Part shown: positions 1 to 8,498 of the stretch, piece after piece | Position numbering within the stretch: the stretch's first letter is position 1 | Layout of the letters: every line of letters begins with the position of its first letter | NCBI GenBank assembly: GCA_016180645.1 | Contig: JACPAV010000047.1 | Coordinates: 1 to 50,353, forward strand | DNA length: 50,353 bases | Source: Nitrospirota bacterium | GTDB lineage: Bacteria > JACPQY01 | Direction of reading: 5' to 3' | The notes under the pieces: model-generated | Database searches by the model: none | The model's input: the letters and a program-made list of their open reading frames with translations, nothing else | What the model was told of the DNA's origin: nothing | Program-made: the position numbers and the translations under genes

Positions 1-1267
1 GGATCTCTTCTTCCGTATTGCCCGGCGGGACATATGAAAAGGGGACGGGCTTGAAAGGCGATTCGGTGAACGTGGAGGTGGAAATGAAGTTCTCGTAGAT
101 GCCCTGGATGAAAAGCCTGCCCTGGCATTTGGCGATCTCATACAGTTCCGTCCCGGGATAGGGAGTGGCGTTATTGTAGCGGACCAAGTCGATCTTCAGA
201 TCGTTGCTGAGTGTGACGCAGTCCATTCTGTCCTTGTGCGTGTCACCCGGCAGGGCGTAGATAAACGTCGCGCTGACGTGATAGCCGATCTTCCTTGCGA
301 TCTGGACGGCGTTGACGCAGTCTTCGACCGTCTCGCGCTTCTTGATGGTCTTCATCATCTCCGGATTGGCGGTCTCCATGCCGAAAAAGACGCTGTGGAA
401 CCCCACGTCAAAGAGGTCCCGCATCAGTTTCTCGTCCGCATTGTCCCCGCGCGCCTGGAAAGTGAAGTTCATCTTTTCATGCAGGCCTTTGGCCCGAATC
501 TCGTTGATCAGTCTGTATATCCGTGGTTTGCTGACCAGGAAATTGTCGTCCAAGAAAGTAACGGACCTCTTGCCGTACTTGGTGTAGAGCTCCTCAAGTT
601 CTTGAACGAGAATGTCCGCAGGCCTGTAACGGTATTTCTTGCCCGTGGTGATCCTGTTGCTGCAAAAAATGCAGTCGTAGGGACATCCCCGCGAGCTCAT
701 GATGAAGCCGAGATCGTATCTTTTGTTCGTGAACAGATGGTAGGGGAAGGGAGGTTCGGCGCTCAGGTCCTTCATGGCCGGGGACATCTTGTTGTGAATG
801 ATCGCACCGTTCTTCTTGTAGGAAAGGCCATCGATGCTCGAAATGTCTGTTCCAGCTTTGACGTGTCTGTAGAATTCAGCAAGCGGGCGTTCCCCTTCAC
901 GCCTAATCACGGCGTCGATATGATCATACGCCAGCACCTCGTCGGGAAGAGCCGTGGGGTGAATGCCGCCGAATACGATCTTTGAATCCGGATAGAGTTG
1001 CCTGAGCTGTTTCGAGAGTATCACCGCGTTCTTCAAGGCGGCTGTCAGCACGCTGAACCCGAATATATATGGCTTTTCCATTGTCTTGACGTGTTCCGCG
1101 ACACGGTCCAGCACATGGTCCTCGACCTGCTCGTCCAGGCATGCGGCCCGGATACCTGCGCGTTCCAAAGCTGAGATCAGAAAACCTACCCCAATGGGTA
1201 CGGATATGGGAAGGAATCGCTGGAAGACTTTGGCCGCGTCTTTGGGAGATGAGTTTATCAGGATCAT
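1..1267 (-). CDS. Cobalamin-binding radical SAM protein (3' end runs off the window)
   Basis: Not in the ORF track; translated by hand. ATG at 1267 gives MILINSSPKD...PISVPIGVGFL, GGIHPTALPDEVL (B12-binding domain), SSRGCPYDCIFCS (CxxxCxxC) and FGMETANPEMMKTIKK. Confidence 0.9.
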   Translation of the reverse strand, partial: MILINSSPKDAAKVFQRFLPISVPIGVGFLISALERAGIRAACLDEQVEDHVLDRVAEHVKTMEKPYIFGFSVLTAALKNAVILSKQLRQLYPDSKIVFGGIHPTALPDEVLAYDHIDAVIRREGERPLAEFYRHVKAGTDISSIDGLSYKKNGAIIHNKMSPAMKDLSAEPPFPYHLFTNKRYDLGFIMSSRGCPYDCIFCSNRITTGKKYRYRPADILVQELEELYTKYGKRSVTFLDDNFLVSKPRIYRLINEIRAKGLHEKMNFTFQARGDNADEKLMRDLFDVGFHSVFFGMETANPEMMKTIKKRETVEDCVNAVQIARKIGYHVSATFIYALPGDTHKDRMDCVTLSNDLKIDLVRYNNATPYPGTELYEIAKCQGRLFIQGIYENFISTSTFTESPFKPVPFSYVPPGNTEEEI

Positions 1268-1425
1268 GTCGGGCTTCGTTGGGACGCGAAAACCCCGTAG
1301 AAGCTTACCGCGGCCAGATCACCGAAGGTGCCTACCTTCCGGGTGAACGGCCTTCCCCTGAGTTTTCTCGCGCCCTGACGTCCCTCTCCGAGCGGACCCA
1401 TCCACAGGGGTCCTCGTTTTCCTCA

Positions 1426-2199
1426 TTACGCCCATGTCTTCCAAGGCGCTTGCCCTCGGGCCCAGATGTCATTGAGGAGGAGGTAATCCCGGTGGGTATC
1501 CATCGCCTGAAAAAATCCGCTATGGCGATACGCCGCCAACTGTCCGTCCTCCGCAAGGCGCCTCAGGGGCTCCCGTTCAAGCGCGACGCCGCCGTCAAGA
1601 TAGTCGAAGATCTTCTTCCCGAAGACGAAAAATCCTGCGCTCACCCACCCCTCCAACTGCGGCTTCTCCTGGAAGCGTCTGACACGGTCCTGCTCCCCGA
1701 GCTCAACCACGCCCCAGCGCGAAGGGGGTCGGACGATCGTCACCGTCCCGATCCGGCCGCTCCGCCGATGAAAATCCAACAGGGCCTCCAGATCAAGATC
1801 GGCCAGACCATCTCCGTAGGTCAACATAAATTCATCCTCATCGATGTATTTCTCAATCTTCTTCACCCGCTCCCCTGTTTCCACGGTCGAACCGGTGTCG
1901 GCCAGAGTCACCCGGAAATCCTGTTCATCGTGGGCCCCAAGGAACTGCACGTCTTCCGTATGTCCCAAGCGGATTGAGAAATCGTTGTTCATGGCCTCGT
2001 AGTTGAGGAAGTACTCCTTGATCATGCTGCCCCGGTAGCCCAGGCAAAGAACGAACTCCCGGAACCCCTTGTGGGCGTACAGCTTCATGATGTGCCATAG
2101 GATGGGCCGCCCTCCGATCTCCACAAGGGGTTTGGGCCGGAACTCGGTCTCTTCACGCAAGCGAGTTCCGAGCCCACCGCACAAGATGACAACTTTCAT
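1426..2199 (-). CDS. rfbF: Glucose-1-phosphate cytidylyltransferase
   Basis: MKVVILCGGLGTRLREETEFRPKPLVEIGGRPILWHIMK, TYGDG, MDTHRD, C-terminal APWKTW. Confidence 0.93.
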   Translation of the reverse strand: MKVVILCGGLGTRLREETEFRPKPLVEIGGRPILWHIMKLYAHKGFREFVLCLGYRGSMIKEYFLNYEAMNNDFSIRLGHTEDVQFLGAHDEQDFRVTLADTGSTVETGERVKKIEKYIDEDEFMLTYGDGLADLDLEALLDFHRRSGRIGTVTIVRPPSRWGVVELGEQDRVRRFQEKPQLEGWVSAGFFVFGKKIFDYLDGGVALEREPLRRLAEDGQLAAYRHSGFFQAMDTHRDYLLLNDIWARGQAPWKTWA

Positions 2200-2261
2200 G
2201 TTTCGTAACCGTTCAGCCTTTCTTTCACATGCAGGCTCTGAAAAGTCAACGCGACGGCCGG

Positions 2262-2290
2262 TTGAAAGTCACACGGGGGGCGCTTACACT
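2262..2290 (+). promoter_or_regulatory. Candidate sigma70 promoter for the rightward glycan operon
   Basis: TTGAAA-N17-TACACT, 14 nt upstream of ATG 2305. Confidence 0.45.
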
Positions 2291-2304
2291 GGCCTCGCAA
2301 ACCG

Positions 2305-3459
2305 ATGGGACCCGACACTCCCCTGATTTCGATTGTTACTCCTTCCAAAAACCACGGGCGATTCGTCGAGGAAACAATCCGTTCGGTCTTGGAACAGGAC
2401 TATCCCCACGTCGAGTACATGGTCCTGGACGGCGGCTCGAAGGATGGAACCGTCGATGTCATCCGCCGCTACCAAGACCGATTGGCGTATTGGGTCTCGG
2501 AACCCGATGGAGGGCAAACGGATGCCATCAACAAGGGGTTCGCCCGGGCCAAGGGGGAATTCCTAATGTGGCTGAATTCGGATGACTTCCTCCTTCCCGG
2601 GGCGCTCCGCGCCGTGGCTGAAGGCTTCAGCTCCGATCCGGAGGTCGGAATCATTCACGGCGACGCGATCACGATCGACGAGGATGGGAACCGGAGAGGC
2701 GTCACCCGATCCGGCCCCTTCACGCTCGAAGGACATATCACGGGCAAAGGCCCCTTCATGGTCCAGCCGTCCGCTTTCATGCGCAGGAAGGTCATGGAAT
2801 CGATCGGCCCCCTCGACGCGAGCCTGAGGTACGCCATGGACTATCAGGTCTGGTTGCTCGCCGGCTACCGCTTCAAGTTCCACTATCTCCCAAAGGTGCT
2901 GTCCGTCTACAGGGACCACCCGGGCACCAAGCGGTCCGAAATCAACACCCGCTACCATGAGGAAGGCAAGCTCGTGATGGACCGCTTGTTTGCGCAACGT
3001 GATCTCCCGGATTCGATCCGGCGACTTGCACCGGATGCCTACCGCACGGCCATCTTCTATTTCATCGTGTGGAACGGCGCGAAAGGAACCACAGACTTCT
3101 TGAAAGAGTATTGGTCCAAGGCCTGGGAAGATTCCCTCCTCACGCCTTCGCAGATTGAAGCGCTGGGCGCCTGGACAAGCCTGAACGGATTCCAGCGTTC
3201 GAACCAGGCCGATGCCATCGGCGCCTGTCTGGCTCTCCACCGCGGTTTGGCCGGCCGGTTTCCAGAAGCCGGCATCGCGGACCCGGAAGCGTGGGCTCGG
3301 AAAGGCACAGCCGATTTCCTGCTGGATCTCGCGGCCCAGCAGAGGGACCGCGGCCGGCGGCGCCCGGCCCTGCGGCTTCTTCGGGAAGCCTCACGGCTAC
3401 ACGCGGGGATCCTTCTTCGGCCGCAAACGCTTGGACAGCTCGTGAGATGCCTCATTTGA
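2305..3459 (+). CDS. GT2 glycosyltransferase with a C-terminal extension
   Basis: ISIVTPSKN, DGGSKDGT, SEPDGGQTDAINKG, WLNSDD. Confidence 0.9.
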   Translation: MGPDTPLISIVTPSKNHGRFVEETIRSVLEQDYPHVEYMVLDGGSKDGTVDVIRRYQDRLAYWVSEPDGGQTDAINKGFARAKGEFLMWLNSDDFLLPGALRAVAEGFSSDPEVGIIHGDAITIDEDGNRRGVTRSGPFTLEGHITGKGPFMVQPSAFMRRKVMESIGPLDASLRYAMDYQVWLLAGYRFKFHYLPKVLSVYRDHPGTKRSEINTRYHEEGKLVMDRLFAQRDLPDSIRRLAPDAYRTAIFYFIVWNGAKGTTDFLKEYWSKAWEDSLLTPSQIEALGAWTSLNGFQRSNQADAIGACLALHRGLAGRFPEAGIADPEAWARKGTADFLLDLAAQQRDRGRRRPALRLLREASRLHAGILLRPQTLGQLVRCLI

Positions 3460-3492
3460 ATCGCGAACTGCGGGCAGAGCTTGACTTAGTGC

Positions 3493-3585
3493 GTCTAACA
3501 GAATGCGTAGGGGAGGGTCTTCAGACCCTCCCGACAAGAGGGAGCATCTGAAGATGCTCCCCTACGAATCGGCATTCTGTTAGAC
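3493..3585. repeat. Composite REP/MITE-like element: 14-bp terminal inverted repeats enclosing an inverted pair of GTAG-REP hairpins
   Basis: GTCTAACAGAATGC (3493-3506) and GCATTCTGTTAGAC (3572-3585) are exact reverse complements. Inside: GTAG-GGGAGGGTCT-TC-AGACCCTCCC...GGGAGCATCT-GA-AGATGCTCCC-CTAC. Confidence 0.88.
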
Positions 3586-4506
3586 GGGGGTCGCTGGATC
3601 GAGCCGTGCCTCACGGGATTGCTCGGTAGCCGGCACCCCACACACGTCATCGTCGTAGACAATAACTCGACGGACGGGACGCCGAAGACCATTGCGGAAA
3701 AGTTTCCCCAAGTCGAGTTGCTCGCGCAGCCCGTGAATACCGGCTTCGGAGGCGGGAACAATATCGGATTCGCGCGGGCCTTGGAGTTGGGCGCTCGATA
3801 TGTCTTCGTATTGAACGTCGATACCCAGGTTCCGGCAGACACCATCGGAACGCTCATCCGCTTGGCATCATCGAATGACGATTACGGGATCATCAGCCCG
3901 ATCCATCTCAATTACGAAAGCACCCGTATCGACACGCTTTTCGGATTCTTCCTACATCGCGCGGGTCTGGCGGATTTCTTTTCCGACCTCTACCTTGGGA
4001 GGGCTAGAGACCTCTATCCGATCTCCTTTACGCCCGCCGCAGCTTGGCTCATGACCCGGACCGCCCTCGAGAAGGTGGGCGGTTTTGATCCCCTTTTCCA
4101 CCCCATCTACGGAGAAGACGATGATCTGTGCAATCGGATCATCCATCACGGCTTCAAGATCGGGATCACGCCGCGCGCAACGATAGGCCATTGGCACGGG
4201 AGTCACTCTTCCGAAACCCCCGCCACCCATATGAGCTTTCGAAGAAGCTACCGCTCCTGCTACGGCGAGTGGGTCGCCCATCTCAAGAAGCCGGGGGGAT
4301 CGTTCTTTCTGCACTACCTAAGTTTGCTGAGGGTTTGTATGACCGAATTCGTCTCCGCTGTTCTCTACCTGAACCCACGGAAATTTGCCGTGTCTGCTCT
4401 CACCCTGGGGGTGGTTTCGCTCAGAATGGGAAGAATCTTTCACCATCGCAAAAAGTGCATGACCGAGCCGGGCGTGTGGCTGGATGGGCTTGGGGTCAAG
4501 TCTTGA
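3583..4506 (+). CDS. GT2 glycosyltransferase (rhamnosyltransferase-like), N-terminus apparently missing
   Basis: GT2-like sequence begins at DGGRWIEPCL, then VIVVDNNSTDGT, NTGFGGGNNIG, GGFDPLF...YGEDDDLCNR. An in-frame TAG lies at 3508-3510 and there is no in-frame ATG/GTG/TTG before TTG 3619. Confidence 0.8.
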   Translation, partial: DGGRWIEPCLTGLLGSRHPTHVIVVDNNSTDGTPKTIAEKFPQVELLAQPVNTGFGGGNNIGFARALELGARYVFVLNVDTQVPADTIGTLIRLASSNDDYGIISPIHLNYESTRIDTLFGFFLHRAGLADFFSDLYLGRARDLYPISFTPAAAWLMTRTALEKVGGFDPLFHPIYGEDDDLCNRIIHHGFKIGITPRATIGHWHGSHSSETPATHMSFRRSYRSCYGEWVAHLKKPGGSFFLHYLSLLRVCMTEFVSAVLYLNPRKFAVSALTLGVVSLRMGRIFHHRKKCMTEPGVWLDGLGVKS

Positions 4507-4566
4507 ATTGATACGGCTATCGGACGACCGCTCAACCAAGTTGTCTCAAGTCAAGACTTGACCCCT

Positions 4567-5583
4567 ATGCTCCATTTCTGCACCTACTTCGATCACCGGT
4601 ATCTCGCCCGGGCGCTCGCGCTGCATCAATCCCTCAAGAGAGTCTGCCCGCCGTTCCAATTGTGGACCCTCTGCATGGATACGCCCAGTTTCGACCTTCT
4701 CTCGAAATACGCCCCTCCCGAAATACGGCCGATCGCGCTGGACACCCTGGAGCGAAGCCATCCTGAGCTGCTCGAAGTCAAGAAGAGCCGGTCGCCGGTC
4801 GAGTACTATTTCACATGCTCGCCTTTCCTCCCCTATTACATCCTGTCCACCGAGCCGGAGGTGGACCTGCTCACCTACCTGGATGCAGACCTTTTTTTCT
4901 ATTCCGATCCGGCCCCGCTGTTCGAGGAAATGGGGAAAGGCTCCATCGGGATCATCGGCCACCGGTTCCCCCCCCATCTGAAAGGACTTGAAGCCTACGG
5001 AATCTACAACGTCGGCTGGCTCTCGTTCAGGAAGGATGAGCGGGCCCTCGAATGCCTCCGTTGGTGGAGCGCTCGCTGCATGGAGTGGTGCTACGACCGC
5101 CCGGAGCCGAACCGTTTCGCCGACCAGAAATATCTGGACGATTGGCCGAGCCGGTTCGATGGCGTCGTGGTGCTCCAGCACAAGGGGGCCAACGTGGCGC
5201 CATGGAATGTGGGAGGGTCAAACCTCAACATGGACGGTACCGCACCGTTGGTGGACGGCGACCCCCTCCTCTTCTTTCATTTTCACGGTCTGAAGCATCT
5301 CGCGGGCAGAATCTACGATCCACAGTTAGGCCGCTACCACCTCCATCTCAACCATGGACCCCTTCGCGCCCTGTATCGAAACTACATCCGGGCCTTGCAG
5401 GAAGCGGCCCGTCAGGCGCCCCTCGAGGCTCATACCCAAGCCCTCTCGGCCTCCGCACGGGGACAGGCCGATCTCTCGACCGTCAGCGCCGGGTCCGGGG
5501 GCGTCAGCCTCCCCGTGGCTCTGAAAACATTACTCCGACATGCGAAAGGAGTCCTCGCCGGAGATCTGATCCTCGTACGTTAG
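4567..5583 (+). CDS. Putative GT-A fold glycosyltransferase
   Basis: MLHFCTYFD, YLDADL (DxD), DQKYLDDW, NVAPWN, FFHFHG; glycan-locus context. Confidence 0.7.
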   Translation: MLHFCTYFDHRYLARALALHQSLKRVCPPFQLWTLCMDTPSFDLLSKYAPPEIRPIALDTLERSHPELLEVKKSRSPVEYYFTCSPFLPYYILSTEPEVDLLTYLDADLFFYSDPAPLFEEMGKGSIGIIGHRFPPHLKGLEAYGIYNVGWLSFRKDERALECLRWWSARCMEWCYDRPEPNRFADQKYLDDWPSRFDGVVVLQHKGANVAPWNVGGSNLNMDGTAPLVDGDPLLFFHFHGLKHLAGRIYDPQLGRYHLHLNHGPLRALYRNYIRALQEAARQAPLEAHTQALSASARGQADLSTVSAGSGGVSLPVALKTLLRHAKGVLAGDLILVR

Positions 5584-5644
5584 TCGAACGCCGCTCCACT
5601 AGAAATCTTACCCCCGCATCTCTATGATGTATATCCCAACGACC

Positions 5645-6583
5645 ATGGCAGGACACGTATTCATCACCGGTGGCGCCGGCTATCTCGGCTCCATCCTCTG
5701 CGAACGCCTGCTCCAGGGGGGATATCGCGTCACCGTGCTGGACAACCTTATGTATGGGCAACACAGCCTCTTCCACTTCTGTGCCCATCCTCAATTCGAT
5801 TTCATCTACGGAGACGTTCGCGACCGGAAAACTCTGGAAAAACTGATCCCCAAGGCCGATGTCCTTATTCCGTTGGCCGCCATCGTGGGCGCGCCGGCGT
5901 GCGACCGCGACCCGCGACTCGCCGCCGACGTCAACCTGGAAGCCGTGCGCACCCTTAACAAGCTCCGAAGCCCTCAGCAGCTCGTCGTCTATCCCACCAC
6001 CAACAGCGGCTACGGCACTCAGTCCGGGGACATCCACTGCACCGAGGAAACACCGCTCGAACCGATCTCGCTCTACGGCCGAACCAAATCCGACGCCGAA
6101 AAGGATCTCCTGAATTCCAAGAACGCCGTCACCTTGCGGCTGGCCACCGTCTTCGGCATGTCCCCCCGTTTTCGGCTCGACCTCCTCGTCAATCATTTCG
6201 TCTACGCCGCGGTCACGGACGGCTACCTCGTCATTTTCGAAAAAGAGTTCAAGCGGAACTACGTTCACATCCGAGATGTGGCGGATTGCTTCGTCTACTG
6301 CATCGAAAACTCTTCGCGCATGACGGGACGCCCCTTCAACGTGGGGTTGGACTCGGCGAATCTTTCCAAGGAGGAATTGGCGCTACGGATCAAACAACAC
6401 GTCCCCAACTTCTACATCCACTTCTCCAATGTGGGCAGCGATCCCGACAAGCGGAATTACATCGTCTCCAACCAACGCTTGCGCGAGGCGGGGTTCGAGG
6501 CCAGGCGGTCGCTCGACGACGGCATCCGCGAACTGATCAAGGGCTATCGGATGATGGGACGCGGTGAATTCAAGAACGTCTAG
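5645..6583 (+). CDS. NAD-dependent nucleotide-sugar epimerase/dehydratase/reductase (extended SDR)
   Basis: ITGGAGYLGS (GxxGxxG), LAAIVG, SLYGRTK (YxxxK), LRLATVFG. Confidence 0.9.
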   Translation: MAGHVFITGGAGYLGSILCERLLQGGYRVTVLDNLMYGQHSLFHFCAHPQFDFIYGDVRDRKTLEKLIPKADVLIPLAAIVGAPACDRDPRLAADVNLEAVRTLNKLRSPQQLVVYPTTNSGYGTQSGDIHCTEETPLEPISLYGRTKSDAEKDLLNSKNAVTLRLATVFGMSPRFRLDLLVNHFVYAAVTDGYLVIFEKEFKRNYVHIRDVADCFVYCIENSSRMTGRPFNVGLDSANLSKEELALRIKQHVPNFYIHFSNVGSDPDKRNYIVSNQRLREAGFEARRSLDDGIRELIKGYRMMGRGEFKNV

Positions 6584-6595
6584 CCGAAACGAGGA

Positions 6596-7420
6596 ATGGA
6601 TCTGACCGCCATGATTCTCGCCGGCGGGCTGGGGAAGCGCCTCCAACCGGTCGTGCCGGACCGGCAGAAAGTATTGGCAGAAGTCGATGGCCGGCCCTTT
6701 CTTGCCGTCCTCCTCGATCAAATCGGCCGCGCCGGAGTCCGCCATGCCGTCCTCTGCACCGGGCATAAGGGCGATCAGGTTCGATCCAGCCTTGGGGATC
6801 GATTCGGCGCCGTCCAGCTTTCCTACTCCCATGAAACCCAACCCCTCGGAACGGCCGGCGCCCTGCGCCATGCGCTCCCTCTTGCCGAGTCCGATCCCAT
6901 CCTGGCCCTCAACGGAGATTCATACTGCCAGGCGGATCTTCAGGATCTGGTCGAATGGCATCAACGGAAACACGCCGACGGCACGCTGGCTTTGGTCCAA
7001 GTCCCGGATGCCGGCAGATTCGGCCTCGTGAGGACCGACGCCCAGGACCGGGTCATCCGCTTCGACGAGAAAGGCGGCCACGAGGGACCGGGCTGGATCA
7101 GTGCCGGAATCTATGTCCTCAGCCGAAAACTGCTCGCCACGATCCCGGAGGGACGGGCCGTCTCCATCGAGACGGAGATGTTTCCTCTGTGGACGAGGGA
7201 GCAACTTTTCGGCTTCCGACTGGAAGGCCGGTTTCTGGACATCGGAACACCGGATTCGTACGCCGTCGCTTCGGAGTTCTTCAGGGACCCATCTTGCACA
7301 GAATCAGCAACCGTTCATCACCCCCCATCCTCCCCTTCCCCCTCAAGGGGGGAAGGGGAAAAAAATACCCCCTCCCCCTGGATGGGAGAGGGCAAGGGTG
7401 GGGGTGGAGACAACCCTTGA
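6596..7420 (+). CDS. Sugar-1-phosphate nucleotidyltransferase, HddC-like (heptose-1-P guanylyltransferase)
   Basis: ILAGGLGKRL, PLGTAGAL, LNGDSY, FLDIGTP; adjacent to an HddA-like kinase; the last ~30 aa come from a repeat. Confidence 0.82.
   Translation: MDLTAMILAGGLGKRLQPVVPDRQKVLAEVDGRPFLAVLLDQIGRAGVRHAVLCTGHKGDQVRSSLGDRFGAVQLSYSHETQPLGTAGALRHALPLAESDPILALNGDSYCQADLQDLVEWHQRKHADGTLALVQVPDAGRFGLVRTDAQDRVIRFDEKGGHEGPGWISAGIYVLSRKLLATIPEGRAVSIETEMFPLWTREQLFGFRLEGRFLDIGTPDSYAVASEFFRDPSCTESATVHHPPSSPSPSRGEGEKNTPSPWMGEGKGGGGDNP
7319..7406. repeat. C-rich/G-rich double-hairpin palindromic repeat
   Basis: TCCCCTTCCCCCT-CAA-GGGGGGAAGGGGA and CCCTCCCCC-TGGAT-GGGAGAGGG, enclosed by CACCCCCCATCC / GGGTGGGGGTG; related copy at 44214-44264. 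Confidence 0.75.
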
Positions 7421-8472
7421 TTATCAGCCGCACTCCTTATCGAATCTCGTTCTTCGGGGGAGGAACCGACTATCCCGCGTGGTATCGACAACACGGTGGC
7501 GCCGTCCTCGCCACCACGATCGACAAGTTCTGCTACCTCATGGTCCGCTACTTCCCACCCTTCTTCGAACATCGATACCGTGTCGTCTGGTCCCGCATGG
7601 AAAATACCGCCACGAAGGAGGACATCACGCATCCGGCCGTGCGCGCCATTCTCGATCACCTCCAGATCGATCGCGGCGTGGGAATTCAGCACGACGGCGA
7701 CCTGCCCGCGCGGGGAGGGATGGGTTCCAGCTCGGCCTTCACGGTGGGACTGCTCCACGCGCTGTACGCCCTCAAGGGACAGATCGCCACGAAGCATCAA
7801 CTGGCTCTCGAAAGCATCCACATTGAGCAGGAGGTCCTCAAGGAAACGGTGGGTTCTCAGGACCAAGTGCTCGCCGCGCACGGTGGGTTCAACCACATCT
7901 CTTTCCTGCAAAACGGCGACGTCGTCCTGAAACCGATGACACTGCCCCCCGATCGAATCCAGGAGCTGAACGCCCATCTCATGCTCTTTTATTCCGGGAT
8001 CCGGCGGACCGCGGCCAAGGTGGCGAAAACGTACGTCCAGGACATCGAGGCCAAGGAGAAACAATTGCGGCTGCTCGCCGGCATGGTGGATGAAGCCATC
8101 GGGATCCTGAACGGATCGGGAGAACTGGACGGTTTCGGAAAACTCCTCCATGAAGGCTGGAAGGCCAAGCGAAGCCTCAGCTCCAAGGTGTCCAATTCGG
8201 AAGTGGAGAAGATTTACGAGGCCGCACGGTCGGCGGGCGCCCTCGGCGGCAAATTGACGGGAGCCGGTGGAGGCGGATTCATGCTTCTCTTCGCCGCACC
8301 CCGCACCCATTCGCGTATTCGAGAGGCCCTCAAGGGGCTCATCCACGTGCCGTTCAAATTCGAGTACTCGGGCAGCCAGATCATCTTCTACGACGTGGAG
8401 GTGGACTACTCCGCGGAGGACCGGGCGCGCAACCATCAGTCCATTCGGGCCTTCAAGGAACTGGGGTCCTAG
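7417..8472 (+). CDS. hddA: GHMP sugar kinase, HddA-like (D-glycero-D-manno-heptose-7-P kinase)
   Basis: TTG start overlaps the upstream TGA; IISRTPYRISFFGGGTD, PARGGMGSSS, VGSQDQ, GGKLTGAGGGGF. Confidence 0.82.
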   Translation: MIISRTPYRISFFGGGTDYPAWYRQHGGAVLATTIDKFCYLMVRYFPPFFEHRYRVVWSRMENTATKEDITHPAVRAILDHLQIDRGVGIQHDGDLPARGGMGSSSAFTVGLLHALYALKGQIATKHQLALESIHIEQEVLKETVGSQDQVLAAHGGFNHISFLQNGDVVLKPMTLPPDRIQELNAHLMLFYSGIRRTAAKVAKTYVQDIEAKEKQLRLLAGMVDEAIGILNGSGELDGFGKLLHEGWKAKRSLSSKVSNSEVEKIYEAARSAGALGGKLTGAGGGGFMLLFAAPRTHSRIREALKGLIHVPFKFEYSGSQIIFYDVEVDYSAEDRARNHQSIRAFKELGS

Positions 8473-8498
8473 GCATCATCACCGGTTCGGTAGCGGAC

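Noticed and set aside
236..985. 249-aa plus-strand ORF
   Set aside because: Antisense shadow of the minus-strand radical SAM gene, which carries the real motifs.
1268..1425. Cobalamin riboswitch upstream of the radical SAM gene
   Set aside because: No recognisable B12-box or conserved core; only a small hairpin.
6955..7416. N-terminal extension of the 505-aa kinase ORF (apparent fusion)
   Set aside because: It overlaps the HddC-like gene in another frame; kinase similarity starts at TTG 7417. Similar over-long starts at 10194, 12503, 15953, 18693, 23942, 39273 and 43883 were trimmed.
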